Shown: positions 17,601 through 30,100, counted from the first letter of the stretch. The stretch: DNA of 64,000 bases from Lama guanicoe (GCA_013239625.1 MU054187.1:24554433-24618432), one strand, 5' to 3'. The notes: a model not told the origin generated them from the letters alone. Program-made: numbers and translations.

Positions 17601-19237
17601 CTTTAATACTTTTAAATTTTGAAACATGAATATAATACCTATTTTTAAGTAAATTTAAAAGTAATGTAATTAAAATATAAATTTTATAGAGTTCTATGAT
17701 GCATGTTCTGAATACTAGTGTTTCAGAAGCTCTGAAAATTCTTAAACTTTTCACCACCACAGAACACTTTGGAGAAATGCTTTTTCTATTCTTGTATAAT
17801 TTTTATTTTTTACGGAATTAATAATTGCCTCCCTTTTTTCATTTGCTTAATTTTTTTAAGTTCTCTCTCCAATTTTATCATGTATTTCATTAGATCTATC
17901 AAATACCTATCAATATAACTATCCAAATACTCAAATCATTTTAACTAGTCTTTTTTCTTGGACTCTGTCATCTTCCTGCTGAGGTGAAAATGGACAGCTC
18001 TCTAAATCCATTACATATCTTTAATCCTGGGATTTCTCTTCCCATTCTCCTGGTCCTGTTTTCTGGATCCCATGTCTTTCTCTTTCTTGACTTACTCTCA
18101 TGTTTTGTTGGAGCACATTCTCTCGTAGCTTCCTTAAAAAAGAAAAAAAGGGGATGGATGGTGGATAGGAAATAAATGTTGGCATCCTTGTATATGTGAA
18201 AATATTTTTATTCCACTCTTGTAACTTGATGGATAGTTTGATTATGGAATTTGAGGTTGGAAGTTATTGCCCTTCAAACTTGAAGAAATTTCACTGCAGT
18301 GTTTTAGCATAAAAGTGTTACTATCGAGAAATCTAATGCCATTCTAATTCTCATCCATGTATTGCTTCTTCCCTTGAAAATTTTTAGAATCTTCTCTTTA
18401 GTCTTAGTGTTCTGATCTTTTTAATGACATGCTTTAACACAGGTCTTATTTCATTCACTGCAGGTAGCTGGTGGGCCATTTCAATATGAAGACCTTTGTT
18501 CTCTGGTCCTGGCAAATTTTCTTGAGTTATTATTTTGATCATTTCCTCCCTACTTACTTTTTGCTCTCTTTTTCTGGAACTCTTAGTTTGTTAACTGATG
18601 AGATGAATGAATGAGTAGGGAAAGTTTTCTCAGCACTTTTTGTAGTAAAAAGCTTAAGCAATAAAGCACAGATTATCAGACCATATCTTTAAAGCTAAGC
18701 ATTTTATTTTAAACGATCAAAATTTAAAACACACTTTCATTACAACTTCCCTTCATTGTAAAATGTAACATTGCTACTCTCATTTCAGATAACTCAAAAA
18801 TATAGGATGCATTGATTCTCTATAGGCAGAAATCCCCCTCTGCGGGCAGAAGTAAGTCAAGCATTCCTTATTATTGTTGCCTTAGAATTCATTAAATGCT
18901 TCATATTGACTTGGTATTGCATAATATTTGCACTCACACTCTAGAAAATGGTCATTTCAGGGGAAAGGTGTCTGTTTAAGGTAAAAAGATGAAGAGATGT
19001 TGGTAGTTTTTTGGTTTTGTTTTGTTTTGGTGTTAAACACTGACTGCATTCTTCCCAGGTCTACAAGAAAGAAATTTTTGCAGTCTTACCTGGCATCACA
19101 AGGATGGACTATCTCAAGGTTATTTTTCAATCTCTGTCTAAAATTATGGATTTCAGAGAGAAGGGAGGAAAATGGATCCTTAGCAGAGGAGCACTCAACT
19201 GGAACTAACATCTGAACTTTTTGACAGGGCTAAACTC

Positions 19238-19717
19238 TGTTGACTGAAACAAATGCACAGCCTAGAAATTGAGAGTTCTGTTTTATTTGGCAGGAGGATT
19301 CAAGCTGGGATGACAGCCTCTCAGATCTCCCTGAGGGGCTGCTCCCAAGAGGCAGGGGAGGAGCGAGGATATATAGGAGCTTTACAACAAAGACCAGGTA
19401 GTTGGAACATTAAAAGTTTACTTGTTAACTGAAGAAAATCAGACATCTCAAGTTAAAGAATTTAGCGCTTTTCTATGCATGAGAGGAAGCAAACATTTGG
19501 GCTCATTGAATTCATTCCTTTAACAAGCACCTAGCTATGTAGGGCCGGTGTCCTGCCCTTTCTTATTCTGAGTCCCCTCAGAGGGAACCACTGTGAGTGG
19601 CTGCAGAGGCCGGGCTGCAGGCTTGTCTTCACTGGGGGGTGGCGGCAGCCACTGATGACTTGATGGCTTCAGCATTCTTTGTTCACTGGTTTGGTTTGCA
19701 GAATATTTTTGTTCACA
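19238..19717 (-). mobile_element. Solo ERV LTR immediately upstream of the RIPK2 promoter, antisense
   Basis: TG...CA ends, near-TSD ACTC/GCTC, minus-strand AATAAA (~19283) and TATA-like ctcctatatatcc (~19368-19380). Confidence 0.8.
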
Positions 19718-19769
19718 GCTCTGACAGGGTTTATCATCCACCCTGTCAGGACTAACGCATCTGGAAGTG

Positions 19770-20710
19770 CGGGGACACTGGAGCCCAGATAGGCACCGGA
19801 GCTTAGCACTGGGCTCACCAAGGGCGGCTTTCTGCCCAGGGGCGGAGCCGGTACTGCTGGCCCCCTTGCCACCCCGCCAGCCCCCGATGGCCCCTCCTGG
19901 GAAAGCCCCGGCCCAGAGGAGATTTCTCTCCTCGGTGAGAGCTTGCTGGCCAGGTAGGAGGCTGCTGAGAGCAACTTTCCTCCAAAGAAAACTTTTCCAA
20001 ATCTAGCGGAGGGGTGGAGAAGACAAAGTGGGCGCCCCTGGCTCCCTTCCGCACCTGGGAGCCCCGCGAGCGCGGGGACAGATCGCCGGGGCCGCGCCAC
20101 CAGGCGGAGACCCCGTCCTCGGGCCAGGCAGGAGCCGCTGGGAGGACCGCGGGCCCGGGGCCCCCGTGCCCGCCCCGGCGGCCACCGCTGACGTCGCCTG
20201 GGAAGGCGGGGGAGGGAGGAGCTCGGCCGGGCGGGCCCTGGGGAGGGAGCTTGCGCCGCCGCAGAGCGGCCCCGGGCTCCAGACGAGCGGCGCCCGCCCG
20301 GCTGCGGAAGAGCGGCGGCTGGGCGCGGGCTGCGCGGGGCATGGCGGGCTTCTGACCACCGCGCCGCGCGCCACCATGGACCACGAGGCCATCTGCAGCG
20401 CCCTGCCCAGCATCCCCTACCACAAGCTGGCCGACCTGCGCTACCTGAGCCGCGGCGCGTCCGGCACCGTGTCGTCCGCCCGCCACGCGGACTGGCGCGT
20501 TCAGGTGGCCGTGAAGCACCTGCACATCCACACCCCGCTGCTCGACAGGTAGGCGCCCGGGCGCTTCCCTCGTGAAGCCACCAAGTCTGCGTCCCCCCAC
20601 GCCGCTGGCTCCAGCCCGGGGGGAAGCGGGCTCTGGAGCCCGAACGACCGCGATCACTTGTGGGGTCGGCCCCATCCCTCCACACCTCGAGGCCGTCTTT
20701 CAGGCGTGGG
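19770..20710 (+). promoter_or_regulatory. RIPK2: RIPK2 CpG-island promoter and 5' UTR
   Basis: Very GC- and CpG-rich around exon 1. GC box GGGGCGGAGC 19839-19848, kB-like GGGAAAGCCCC 19899-19909, CRE-like TGACGTCG 20189-20196. Confidence 0.85.
20376..20548 (+). CDS. RIPK2: RIPK2 coding exon 1 (173 nt)
   Basis: Kozak [42 protein letters not shown]...[14 protein letters not shown]; donor AG|GTAGGC. Confidence 0.98.
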
Positions 20711-20923
20711 GCTGGCCTGGTGGGCAGAGCTGGCTTCTCTGGAGATGCAGCCCTCTCTTTTCAAAGCCCTCTGTTTTCTTACTTCTGGACTTCCTCTCTG
20801 CAGATACTCAAAATCAGCCATCACAGCCCAACTCTAAACGCCCTCTTTATTGAAATTGGGTTTTATTTGCTGTGATTTTTTTTTTTTTGGCCCTTTTGGG
20901 GAGGGGGGTCGGTCTCTAGGATT

Positions 20924-21252
20924 GCATTGACCAGTAAGAAGCTGTTAGCCACAGGAGGCTGTTGAGCGCTTGGAATGTGGATGCCCGAACTAAAATGTAC
21001 TCTAGTTGTGAAATACACACCAGGTCTCTAGCATTTTGTACTACAAGAAAAGAAAGAAAGAAAGAAAAGAATTACAATGCCTCATTAACACTTTTGTACT
21101 GATATGCTGAGTTGATTTTTTTAATCCATTAGGATACATACAAGATATTGTTAAAGTTCATTTTATGTGTTTCTTTTTACTCTTTAATGTGACCACTAGA
21201 AAATTTAAAATTGTGTATGTGATTCATGTTATATTTTTGTTGAACAGCAGTA
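20924..21252. mobile_element. hAT-Charlie MITE (MER33/MER3-like)
   Basis: tagccacaggaggctgttgagcgcttggaatgtgg...tttaatgtgaccactagaaaatttaaaatt. Confidence 0.65.
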
Positions 21253-24200
21253 CTCTAGTGTCTGGAATGTTTTGGTTTGTGCTTTCTGTTGTTCTTTTTG
21301 GTTTATTACAGTGTAGTCATGAAAGTTTAGATACCAAACTCAAGTCAGTTTAGTTTCTCCTCTCACAGGGAAGCCCATCCCCAAAGGAAATGTGTATTAT
21401 TTTTGCTAACAATAAACTGAATCAAAAGACTGTTAAATAGCCAAAAGATTTGAACGTCATTCACATCCTGGAACAGTTTTAGTGCAATGTCGGAGTTTTA
21501 AGGGAGGGCTAGACTTAGTTTCTGTTTCTAGAAAACTTTGGACCAAATGTATTAGTCAGTGAGTCTATTTTTGTGTATTTTCTTTCCAGTAGGGATTTAA
21601 CTGGGACCTGTATTGAGTTCTTAGTGAGTTAACATCCATGATTGCAACATTGTCCTCTCCTCCCCCTCTGTCTAAAGTGAAAACACATCATGCTCGCTGC
21701 CTGATTGGCCGGGAGGCTGTCAGTATCCAATATCCGATCAGTTCCTCAGCTTCAGCCCTGGGTGTTACTGGCCTTTAATGTGCCTGTGGCTTTTCTTTGT
21801 TCTCTTCCTGTCAGGTTTGGATGGGCTACATCTCACAGTAAATTCGAGACACTTATAAAAATTGTCCCCACTTTTTGGGTATCGTAATCCAGGTCTAGTG
21901 ACCATTCAGGGTGTGGTGTCTGTTTACCCTGGGCTTGGAATTCTGTGGAGCAAGTTCTAGGCAAGTAGGTGTATGTAGTCAGCTTTGAAGGGTGCAGGTT
22001 CATTAGAGAGGGTGGATGTATTTTAGAATCAAGTATGAAAATAATGGAAATCTAGCACTGAGGGGCTCATTAGGTATTTTAAGGCCAGCTAATCCCTCCA
22101 TTTTGGATGCTGCTTCTGAAGATCTTAATTTATCAAAGTGTTGTGCCATTTGGGGCCAAGAAATGAAGAGGGAGATCCCTTTCCATATTCACCAACAATT
22201 TTCATAATCTAAAATTCTTCACTAAATTGGGTAGGAAATTAATTTTGTCATCAAAGAAGCCATTTAAGAACCAGTGAAACACTGGTATTACGACATCACG
22301 TTTTTTTCTCGCGCTTGTCACCTAGAACGTTAACATTAGCAGCATTTATGTAGTCTGAGCGTGGGGCTGGGCTCTGCAGTTGACTCCCAATGTGTCTGTT
22401 TCCTCACTTATAAAGTGGGAAGAGCAACACATACACTTCCTGGGCTCTGGTGTGGACGATGATTGCATTGTTCTTTGGGATCGCCCGAAAGAAAAGTAGG
22501 TTTATGTGCTGTTACATGTTCTTATTTTAGTGATTTAGTCATTCTCTGCAACTTGACTTCTGCCCAGTAAGTAGACCTTCCCCAGCAGTCTCCCAGCTAT
22601 GAGGAGATGTCTGACTGATTGTTCAGACACCCTGTGTAGACAGCATACCTGTTTTGTAACCGAAATTTTGATTTGGATAATTTTAGTCATACGTCTATAG
22701 AAGCTGTATTTTATGTTTTTATTTTTAAAAATACAAAAATCTTTTTTTTAAACTGTTTTGGCTTTTCTGTCTTCCCACTCTCACTCATTCTTCCTGCAAT
22801 CTGACTTCAAGAACTTTCTCTTCTCTGATCAGTGAATGGAAAGAACAAAGGCATTAAGAGTCCCACAGTTAAGAGTCCCACAATTACAACTCAGATCTGG
22901 CTCCAGCCGTCACCTGTTGTTGGTGTGACCATTAGAAAATTGTTAGTTTACCTGAGCCCTCGTGTGTAAAGTGGAGATAGTGAAACCAGCTTTGGAGGGT
23001 TGATCTTAGGGCGATAGTCCACTTAAAGTGGCCGGCACATAACAGAATCACAGTAGAAGGAAGATGCCTCAGCCTTTTGATGGGAGGAGGAGTATATATT
23101 TAGTATCACTGAGACGCCCCCGGCTTGCCCTCTGAAGCATTCTTCCTCAGAGTCTCCAGGAACCTCCAGGTCCATCCTCTGCCTCCCTGCAAAGGTGCTT
23201 CTCAGTAACTGTGTTGCTGACCACATCTCTTGAGGCGAACACAGAACTGTTTCAGCTTAGAGAATATGAATTTAAACAGAGAGAGAGTTGGTTGTCTCAC
23301 AGTTGGGGTATTTAAGTAACTGAAGAAGAGGGAGGAGGAGAGAAGCTTTTTACTTTATACATTTTGCAACTCCTGAATTTTGAAATGTGAATATACTACC
23401 TATTCAAAATATAGATGACTGAGTTTTTTGTTTTGGGGTTTGTTTGTTTGTTTGTTTGTTTGTTTGCTTGCTTTTTGTATGTTTTTAAAGCAGGCCTCAT
23501 AGTCTGGTCTGGAATATCTGTTGCTTTTTTTGTCTTTTTTCCAGCAGCCATTCATCAAGAGCTTGGGTGGTTTAAGCACCAACTAACTTATATTACATCA
23601 TCACTTACCTAATAAGCTCCTCCTAGAGATGTTTCTATTTCTATCATTGCTGCTACCAACACCAAGTCATCCGCAGTAAAAATTGATGACAAATCCAATT
23701 CCCTCCCTTTTTTTTACATATGTATGCAAATAAACCGCCTCAGTCAGTCAGTCAGTCGCCACAACCTGGCATTCTGTTCAGCTGGTATTTTTCTTTCCAT
23801 TTCTACTGCAGCCTTTATGGTTCCAGATTCGCATTGCTTCACATTTTAACCAATATTATAATCCTCTAACACCTGGCTTTCAAACTCTGCCTCTTTCTGC
23901 TGATTCTACACCTTGCTGCCAAAGTAATCACCCTGAAAGTTTGTTCCACTCATATCATTCCCCTGCTCAAAAACCTGAAATTTGAGTCACAACTCAGTGA
24001 CTACCAAATAAAGTGTGAACACCTTCACCCAGTTTTAAGGCTCTAAGATGAGGGCATATCCTGCCCGATCCACCTTCACTTCCTTTACATACTGTTACAC
24101 ATTGATTATATTAAACAATTTGCCATTTTCCAGGTATAGCCCTCACTTTAACTGCTCTGAATACATTTGATATGGTATCTATGAGACTATTCTGTGTGCC

Positions 24201-24481
24201 CGGCACTGTTCCAGATCCTGGGGATACACAGATGAAAAAGAAATGCACATCCATCTTGGATGCGTGCTTTTTGATGATTGAAATTCTATCCATCCTTGAA
24301 GTCCTGTTGAAATAGCTCCTTCAAGACTGTAGAAATCCTTAGCCCAAAGTTACTAGTTCTCTGAGCTCCTTACAGTTCTGTATTTATTTATTTACTTGGT
24401 TACTTACTTGCTTATTTTTTGTTTTTGTTTTTGATGGCACTTATCATATTCCATCTTACATTTTGACTATTTAGTTTTCTT

Positions 24482-24723
24482 TCATTATTTATTTGCTTTC
24501 CTTATTTTTTTAACTTTATTGAGGAATACATGACAAATTAATTATATATGTTTAAAATGCACAACATGAGTATTAGATATACATACACATCATCATGAAA
24601 TGATTACCAAGGTCAGTATAATTAACACATCCAAAGACGTGCAGATGACCAGTAGGAAATATGCAAAGGTGCTCAACTTCACTAATCACTGGGAAAATGT
24701 AAATCAAAACCACAATGAGTATC
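24482..24723 (-). mobile_element. Short L1 with 5' inversion
   Basis: Antisense L1 3' end (to ~24632) joined to a sense ORF2 fragment. TSD TAGTTTTCTT at 24472-24481 and 24724-24733. Confidence 0.7.
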
Positions 24724-25462
24724 TAGTTTTCTTAAAAAGATTTCTGACAGCTTGAGGTCACAAACTATGTTTGTTTTTTTTAGCTTAATAGTCTTAATAG
24801 CTGTGCACAGTTCTTTATTCATAGTAGAAGTTCAATATTTGTTTGTTTTATGAGTGAATAAGCAAATAAACCAGGGATCTGTTACAACAGATTAAAACAG
24901 CATTTACCTGTTCTCAGTGTTCTTTTCCTGAGTTCCAGTGCATAATTTCTAAGCAATATTGTCCCTTACACAACTGTTATCAGCTAGTCATTAAAATCTA
25001 CAACCTTTAAGTGTTTTAAGCTCCAGGGTGTGCAACCATACAATGAAAACATTTAATATCAAACTTGATTCTTTTCTCTAATCAAATTTGATCATTCTAA
25101 TAACAACATAAATTTAGTGTAATTAGTTCAAGCACCTGTCATTCTAATATAGATAGACTTTATAAACTTAGTTAAGTATTGTGTTCTTCCCTTTTCTAGG
25201 AAAAGTATAATAATCTGTACATAGCACTTTTTTCTGTCAGTGGCTTTTAGAAGTTATTTTGGTCTCTAAACAGACCTGTGGAATATAGAGGGTAGATACT
25301 GTCCCTGCTTGAAATACGAAGAAAATAAGACAGACAAGTTGTGTAATTTACGTGAGGCCAAAAGCTACAGAATGAAAAAAATCCAGGGTGAATTAATATT
25401 ATGGGTATAGTAATTATGTATTTTTCATTACTTTGAAATAATTTTGCATTTTCTTTCTTTAG

Positions 25463-25616
25463 TGAAAGAATTGATGTCTTAAGAGAAGCTGAAATTTTAC
25501 ACAAAGCTAGATTTAGTTACATTCTTCCAATTTTGGGAATTTGCAATGAGCCTGAATTTTTGGGAATAGTTACTGAATACATGCCAAATGGATCATTAAA
25601 TGAACTCCTGCATAGG
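25463..25616 (+). CDS. RIPK2: RIPK2 coding exon 2 (154 nt)
   Basis: (S)[55 protein letters not shown] boundaries. Confidence 0.98.
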
Positions 25617-27906
25617 GTAAGTATTGTACATTTTCAATGGCTGTAATTCTGTTATTCAAGCTATGTGGTGCTTTGGTTTTACATATGGTCAGATTATTTG
25701 GGGATATATAAATGAATCAAAATAAGAATAATGAAAACCAAATGCAGTGGTAAAGGTTCACCATTTATAGCTTCTTTTGTGTTGTTAAAAATAACTGGAG
25801 TCAGACCCTGCATCCTAAAGGACCTAAAGTCTGCACACTATACAATTTATTGTGTATTAAGCCAGCTTTTATTTTATGTTGAAGGCAATTTAGGATTCAA
25901 ATCAGATGTTAGTAATACAAGTTCATAAAGTTCTGAGTAAATAGAACACATAGAGCTATCTCTGAGTATCAAATACTTGAACTTTTCCTGTAATAGACAA
26001 TAGCGTGAGCCATTTACCTTTCTCTCAAGGTACCAGTTACTCTGGCTTTGACTGCAAATCCCATCAGTAAACAAATTCGGGGTCTTCTCATTCTCAAAAT
26101 GTATGTGTTCATCTGCTGTTGTTTGATCTTATTATCTCCACCCTGCAGTTTCTCTTAGGAAATATTTTTCAGATAACTCGATCTATTTTGCAAGAGTTGA
26201 TTTAGTTGAAACTGGGGAACATAATGTGTAAAACCCAATCACTGGACACTCCTAAATTCTGACATGTCACAACGTTCTCTAAGCAAACAAGGGAGACTGG
26301 CTGCTACTGTCACCCAGTCATGAAGTGACTTCCTCTTTATTTCAGGATACATCACATTCTGTTTGTGACTGGACCACCTAAAACAAGGACCAAGTAAAGT
26401 GACTAGTGTCAATGTGTAAGATTTGTGTAACCAAAACAGTCAAGATACAAATACTAATTAAACACAATTTCCCATTTTTTATGAATATAAGCAAACATTG
26501 TATGTAATGCTGTCATACCCAGCACCCCAGCAGATAGTCTGGTACCCAAATTTGGAGCTCAGTAGAAGTTCTAGAGCCCCCTTCAGGGGGCTTGCTACCT
26601 CCTAAAAGGAATCATAAAATACAGAGTGAGTGTTCTTCTGCTTGGTCCCATGATCCATGTAACACTCTAGCAGAGAGATCTTGCTTGTTACTCCTCTAAA
26701 CTGCATCATTTTCAGCAAAAATACCTTTTCACAGATTGAAAGATTTAATTAGTCCACAGGATGGAGATCCATATATACAAGAGGAAGTAATGGTCAACAT
26801 GTATGTTTTGTGTTTCTTTTGGTGTCCTGTATTGTATTATTAGGGTAGGATTTATCTTGAAGCACCCTCCCCCAACCTCACAAAAGATTGTTGGAAAAAA
26901 TCAAAATACACTGTAAACACAAAGTATTTTGAGTTATTCCCCTACCAAGTGAGTTAATCGGTGAACAGTAAGCTGACCAATTTGCAAAAAAAACAAATTC
27001 TCAAGAACAGTTTTGAACTTCCAGTAGAAGCATACTTTTTCATTTAGAAAAATGTACCCAGTAGCATGGTCCCTGATGATTCATTGTCAGATTTTCCCAC
27101 ATCGTCTCATTTTTCTGAGTGTGTTCATTCTCCTGGGAAGCTGTAGTAACTTGTATGTTCAGAAAACATTTAAGAAAGTTCAGATGACTCTCACTTGTAG
27201 GTACCAAGAAATAGAGAACATTACATTTTTAATGTTTCTGTGTTGTATACACTTAGAAATGAAGGTGATCTTTGTCTCCTTCTCAAAAACAAAACTCCCA
27301 AAGGCTAATTTTTCAAGCTGGAATGCAAATAAATTCATTTTATGATTTAAAAGTATGAGATATTAATGCTTAGTAAATATATAACATAGTCATAATTTTA
27401 ATTGATGCAATGATTATTATATAATAAAGTTTGGTTTTATATTAATAGGAAAAATATAAATTTTCAATAAGAACAAATTGTGTACATGTATGTGTTCAGG
27501 TGTGCGTGCATGGGCACAAGTTACTTGATAGAAGCCATGGAATGGGGAGATGGGTATGAGTATAACTACATGTGTCTGTGTATTACACAGACGAAATATA
27601 ATTAAAAACTGTCACCCAAAGAAAGACGCATACCATGTAGTTACCAATATAAACTAAGAGGAACTATTAGTACTGTAAAGTCATCATTATTTTCTCCAAA
27701 ACTTGAGGAAAATGAGATATAAGGATGTTAAATAATGTCAAATTGATACTATATAATAAAAAAGAGCGTATATTTTGACCTGCCTTTAGTTATACTAAAT
27801 ATTTAATTTATACTATATTTCCTCATGGACTATTTCTTTTCCTAAGTGGAAATGCAGTGAAAGTGGGCCACTAATTTCTATTTTGTTTCTTTTATGTTAT
27901 GTGAAG

Positions 27907-28062
27907 AAAAATGAATACCCTGATGTTCCTTGGCCGTTGAGATTCCGCATCCTGCATGAAATTGCGCTAGGTGTAAATTACCTGCACAATATGAACCCTC
28001 CTCTACTTCATCACGACCTGAAGACTCAAAATATCTTGTTGGATAATGAATTTCATGTTAAG
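27907..28062 (+). CDS. RIPK2: RIPK2 coding exon 3 (156 nt, catalytic loop)
   Basis: [52 protein letters not shown]; donor AAG|GTAATT. Confidence 0.98.
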
Positions 28063-28089
28063 GTAATTACTTTAAAAAAAAAATTTAGG

Positions 28090-30096
28090 CAGAGACAACC
28101 TGGCCGCCGCCGCCAGGCAGCCGGGGGCAATCCGCCCGCATCGCCGCCCTTGCCGGCCGGGCGGCCGCGGGGCCCGGAGTCCCGGAGGCCGGGGCTGGGG
28201 CGGCACCGCGCGGCGGCCACGGCGTCCCGCTAGAGCAGTCGAAGGCGGCTATGCCGAGGGCCCGGAGCTGCCGGCAGAGCAGGGGGGCCGGCGGGAGGGA
28301 GGGAGTAGACCTTCCTGCGAGTGCGAGCCAACCGGCAGACCCGACTGAATGCTCGGATTGGGAAAATGAAACGGAGGAAGCAAGATGAAGGGCAGGTACG
28401 TCCCCTGTGCAGCCGCCCCCTGGCAGGATCGGAGCAGGAGGTGAGTAGGCAAGCGGAGCACTGCCTTTTTAAGAGGGAAGGCTCCTGCGTGGCTGAGGAC
28501 GATGCCGCGGACATGGAGCGTGAGAACAGCAACCGCTCTGAGGCGTATGAGTGGTGCGGGCAGAAGCGGAGACGGGCCCCCACTGGCCTGGAAGGTGGGT
28601 TCCGAGGCTCTGGCTTCGTCATGTGCGGCGGCAAAGAGAATCCGGACAGTGATGCTGCCTTGGATGTGGGTGGGGATGACACTCCAGAGTACGGGAAGCC
28701 ACGGTACACGGAGGCTGACGTCATCCCCTGAGCGGGCGAGGAGCCTGGCGAAGCCAAGGAGCGAGAGGCACTCCGGGGCGCAGGCCTAAGTGGCGGCCCT
28801 CCCAGCACACGCATCACACCTGAGTTCTCGAAATGGGCCGGTGATGAGATGCCATCTACCAGCAGCGGTGAGAGCAGCAAGCAGGAGGCCATGCAGAAGA
28901 CCTGCAAGAACAGCGACATCTAGAAAATCACTGAAGATTCAACTGTGACCACGTTTGAGGCCCTGAAGGCTCAAGTCTGGGAACTCCAACGGCAGCTCTC
29001 CCGTGGGGACCGTTACAAACGCCTCATCTGCATGGACTCATACTCGATGCCCCTAACGTCCATCCAGTGTTGACACGTGCACTGTGAGGAGTGCTGGCCG
29101 CGGACCCTGGGTCCAAGAAGCTCTGCCCCCAGTGCAACACCATCACAGCACCTGGAGACCTACGGAGAATCTGCGTGTGAGCTAGCCACCCCAGGCAGGC
29201 CTGCCTTGAGCCCCACCTGCTCCGCCTGTGACATGACTCCTCCTTGTACATACTTGCACGCAGGTTCCCCGTGTACATACATGCACGCACACACATGCAC
29301 ACACACAGGACTCTAAGCCAGAGTCGGGGCTGAGGCCCAGGCCCTGCCTGCTGGCTCCCGCCAAGACTGGGGACCATAACTGTTTCAGGTTCTGTTTCCA
29401 GGGTGCGGCATGGAGGCGGGGGTGGGGAGTAGCCCGGCAAGGCTCCTGAGATCCAGCCCCTAGACCGACAGATGGACAGACAGACATGCAAACACCAGAC
29501 TGAAGCTCATGTACTATAGGCCGTGCATGTTTACAGTGTTGTGTGTAAGTGGGACAGCTGGCCCTCTCCCTCCCCCCGGTTGTACGATTTTCTTCTTTTG
29601 TTACGAACACCTGGAAGCAGTGCCTCTTCAGGGCTGACTGGGGGCTCGGCCCACCCACCTCTTGGGGTAGCTGCCTCTCCCACTCCCTCTCCCTGGTGTC
29701 CCTTCCCTCTCCTATGTGCTCGGTGTTCAGTGGTGTATATTTCTTCTCCCCGACGTGGGGCACACGCCCCAAGGGACATGATCCTCTCCTTAGTCTTAGC
29801 TCCTGGGGCTCTTCATAAGGAGTTGGGGGAGGGGGAGGCACAGGAGATGGGAGCCGAGCTGAAGCAGGGGCTGAGACGGGCTGGATGAGGGTGCTTCTGG
29901 CTGCCCAGCCTCCTGCCGAGAACCTTTCCTGGGATTAGAGCTGCCGTTCCCAAGGAAAAGTGTTGTCTCCCTCGCCCCTCTCGTGGGCTCCATGGTGTGA
30001 TGCTGTGTCTGTATATTCTATACAAAGGTACTTGTCCTTTCCCTTTGTAAACTACATTAGACATGGATTAAACCAGTACAGACTTAAAAAAAAAAA
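28090..30096 (+). pseudogene. RNF220: Processed pseudogene of RNF220 (N-terminally short isoform) in RIPK2 intron 3, sense orientation
   Basis: Intronless TFLRVRANRQTRLNARIGKMKRRKQDEGQ...YEWCGQKR...RING remnant...GDLRRICV* (TGA 29178-29180). Stops at 28729, 28921 and 29071; frameshift ~29112. ATTAAA 30067-30072. TSD A10-11TTTAGG at 28074-28089 and 30086-30102. Confidence 0.95.
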
Positions 30097-30100
30097 TTTA

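Noticed and set aside
19669..20685. Long antisense and overlapping ORFs (338, 286, 136 aa) and the N-terminal extension of ORF 20028-20552
   Set aside because: Expected from stop-poor CpG-island DNA; low-complexity R/G/P/A content; the extension starts at GTG, while ATG 20376 has a perfect Kozak context.
26574..26592. GC hairpin AGCCCCC-TTCA-GGGGGCT resembling an intrinsic terminator
   Set aside because: Eukaryotic intron, short stem and no U-tract; consistent with chance.
28230..30064. Minus-strand ORFs of 229, 155 and 219 aa and small plus ORFs in the RNF220 3' UTR
   Set aside because: Shadow frames of GC-rich retrocopy sequence with no recognisable protein.
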